Shown one piece after another: positions 63,710-64,000 of a DNA stretch of 64,000 nucleotides (its first letter is position 1; every line of letters begins with the position of its first letter). The stretch is from Lama glama (Eukaryota), in the NCBI GenBank assembly GCA_028534125.1, contig CM052817.1:91142001-91206000 (forward strand). Reading direction: 5' to 3'. The translations under genes and the position numbers were made by a program. The notes beneath the pieces are model-generated. The model made no database searches. It was not told the DNA's origin and worked only from the letters and a program-made list of their open reading frames with translations.

Positions 63710-64000
63710 AAAGTCAACTGATTGTACATGTTAATCACATCTGCATAGCAACATCTAGAGTAGTGTTTGAATAACTAGTACTATAACCTAGCCAAGTTAA
63801 TACCTAAAACCAACCATCACACATTTGTTGACATCTACTACATGTTAGGGAGAGTACCAACAAGCAGACTGCGAAGATAGAAAACAACTGTCTTTAACCC
63901 TGTTTGGGTTCATGGAAGCACAGAAAAGAAGGTGAATTCTGCTGCAGGAGTGGACTCAGGGCTGGGAAAACCATGCAAATTTTAGTCAAGAGCTGGGTTC

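Larger units (their letters stand above)
61938..63821 (-). mobile_element. MLT2C/D-like LTR split by an L1
   Basis: tgtatcagtcaggttctaccagaga... on the left and ...ctagccaagttaatacctaaaaccaaccatcaca on the right. Confidence 0.8.

Noticed and set aside
1..64000. Prokaryotic systems (CRISPR arrays, operons, defence islands), rRNA or snRNA genes
   Set aside because: The sequence is mammalian and repeat-rich. I saw no regularly spaced repeat-spacer array, dense ORF packing or recognisable structural RNA.

Overview
Mammalian genomic DNA, most likely camelid (alpaca, llama or camel). It carries five tRNA-Ala(AGC)-derived SINEs of the vic-1 type, and I saw no Alu, Bov-tA, PRE1 or SINEC elements. 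No intact, recognisable protein-coding gene is present. The window is a mosaic of interspersed repeats: 5'-truncated L1s with TSDs, MIR/L2, MLT1/MLT2, hAT MERs, ERV1-type solo LTRs and a decayed ERV1 provirus split by an exactly 500-N gap. It also has three same-strand CTCF motifs and several CpG-enriched, enhancer-like blocks. The most notable signal is in the repeat-poor 6.5-20 kb region. Four minus-strand segments bounded by splice-site consensus (19883-19447, 15639-15229, 14183-14085, 8329-~7287) join in compatible reading phases and give protein-like translations broken by nonsense codons and frameshifts. This is a candidate unitary pseudogene or pseudogene-derived lncRNA that I cannot assign to a known family. 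Also notable is a triple-nested MLT2>L1(+)>L1(-) structure forming a ~200-bp-arm inverted repeat. All repeat family names come from recalled consensus sequences, not from a database run. Boundaries without TSDs are approximate.
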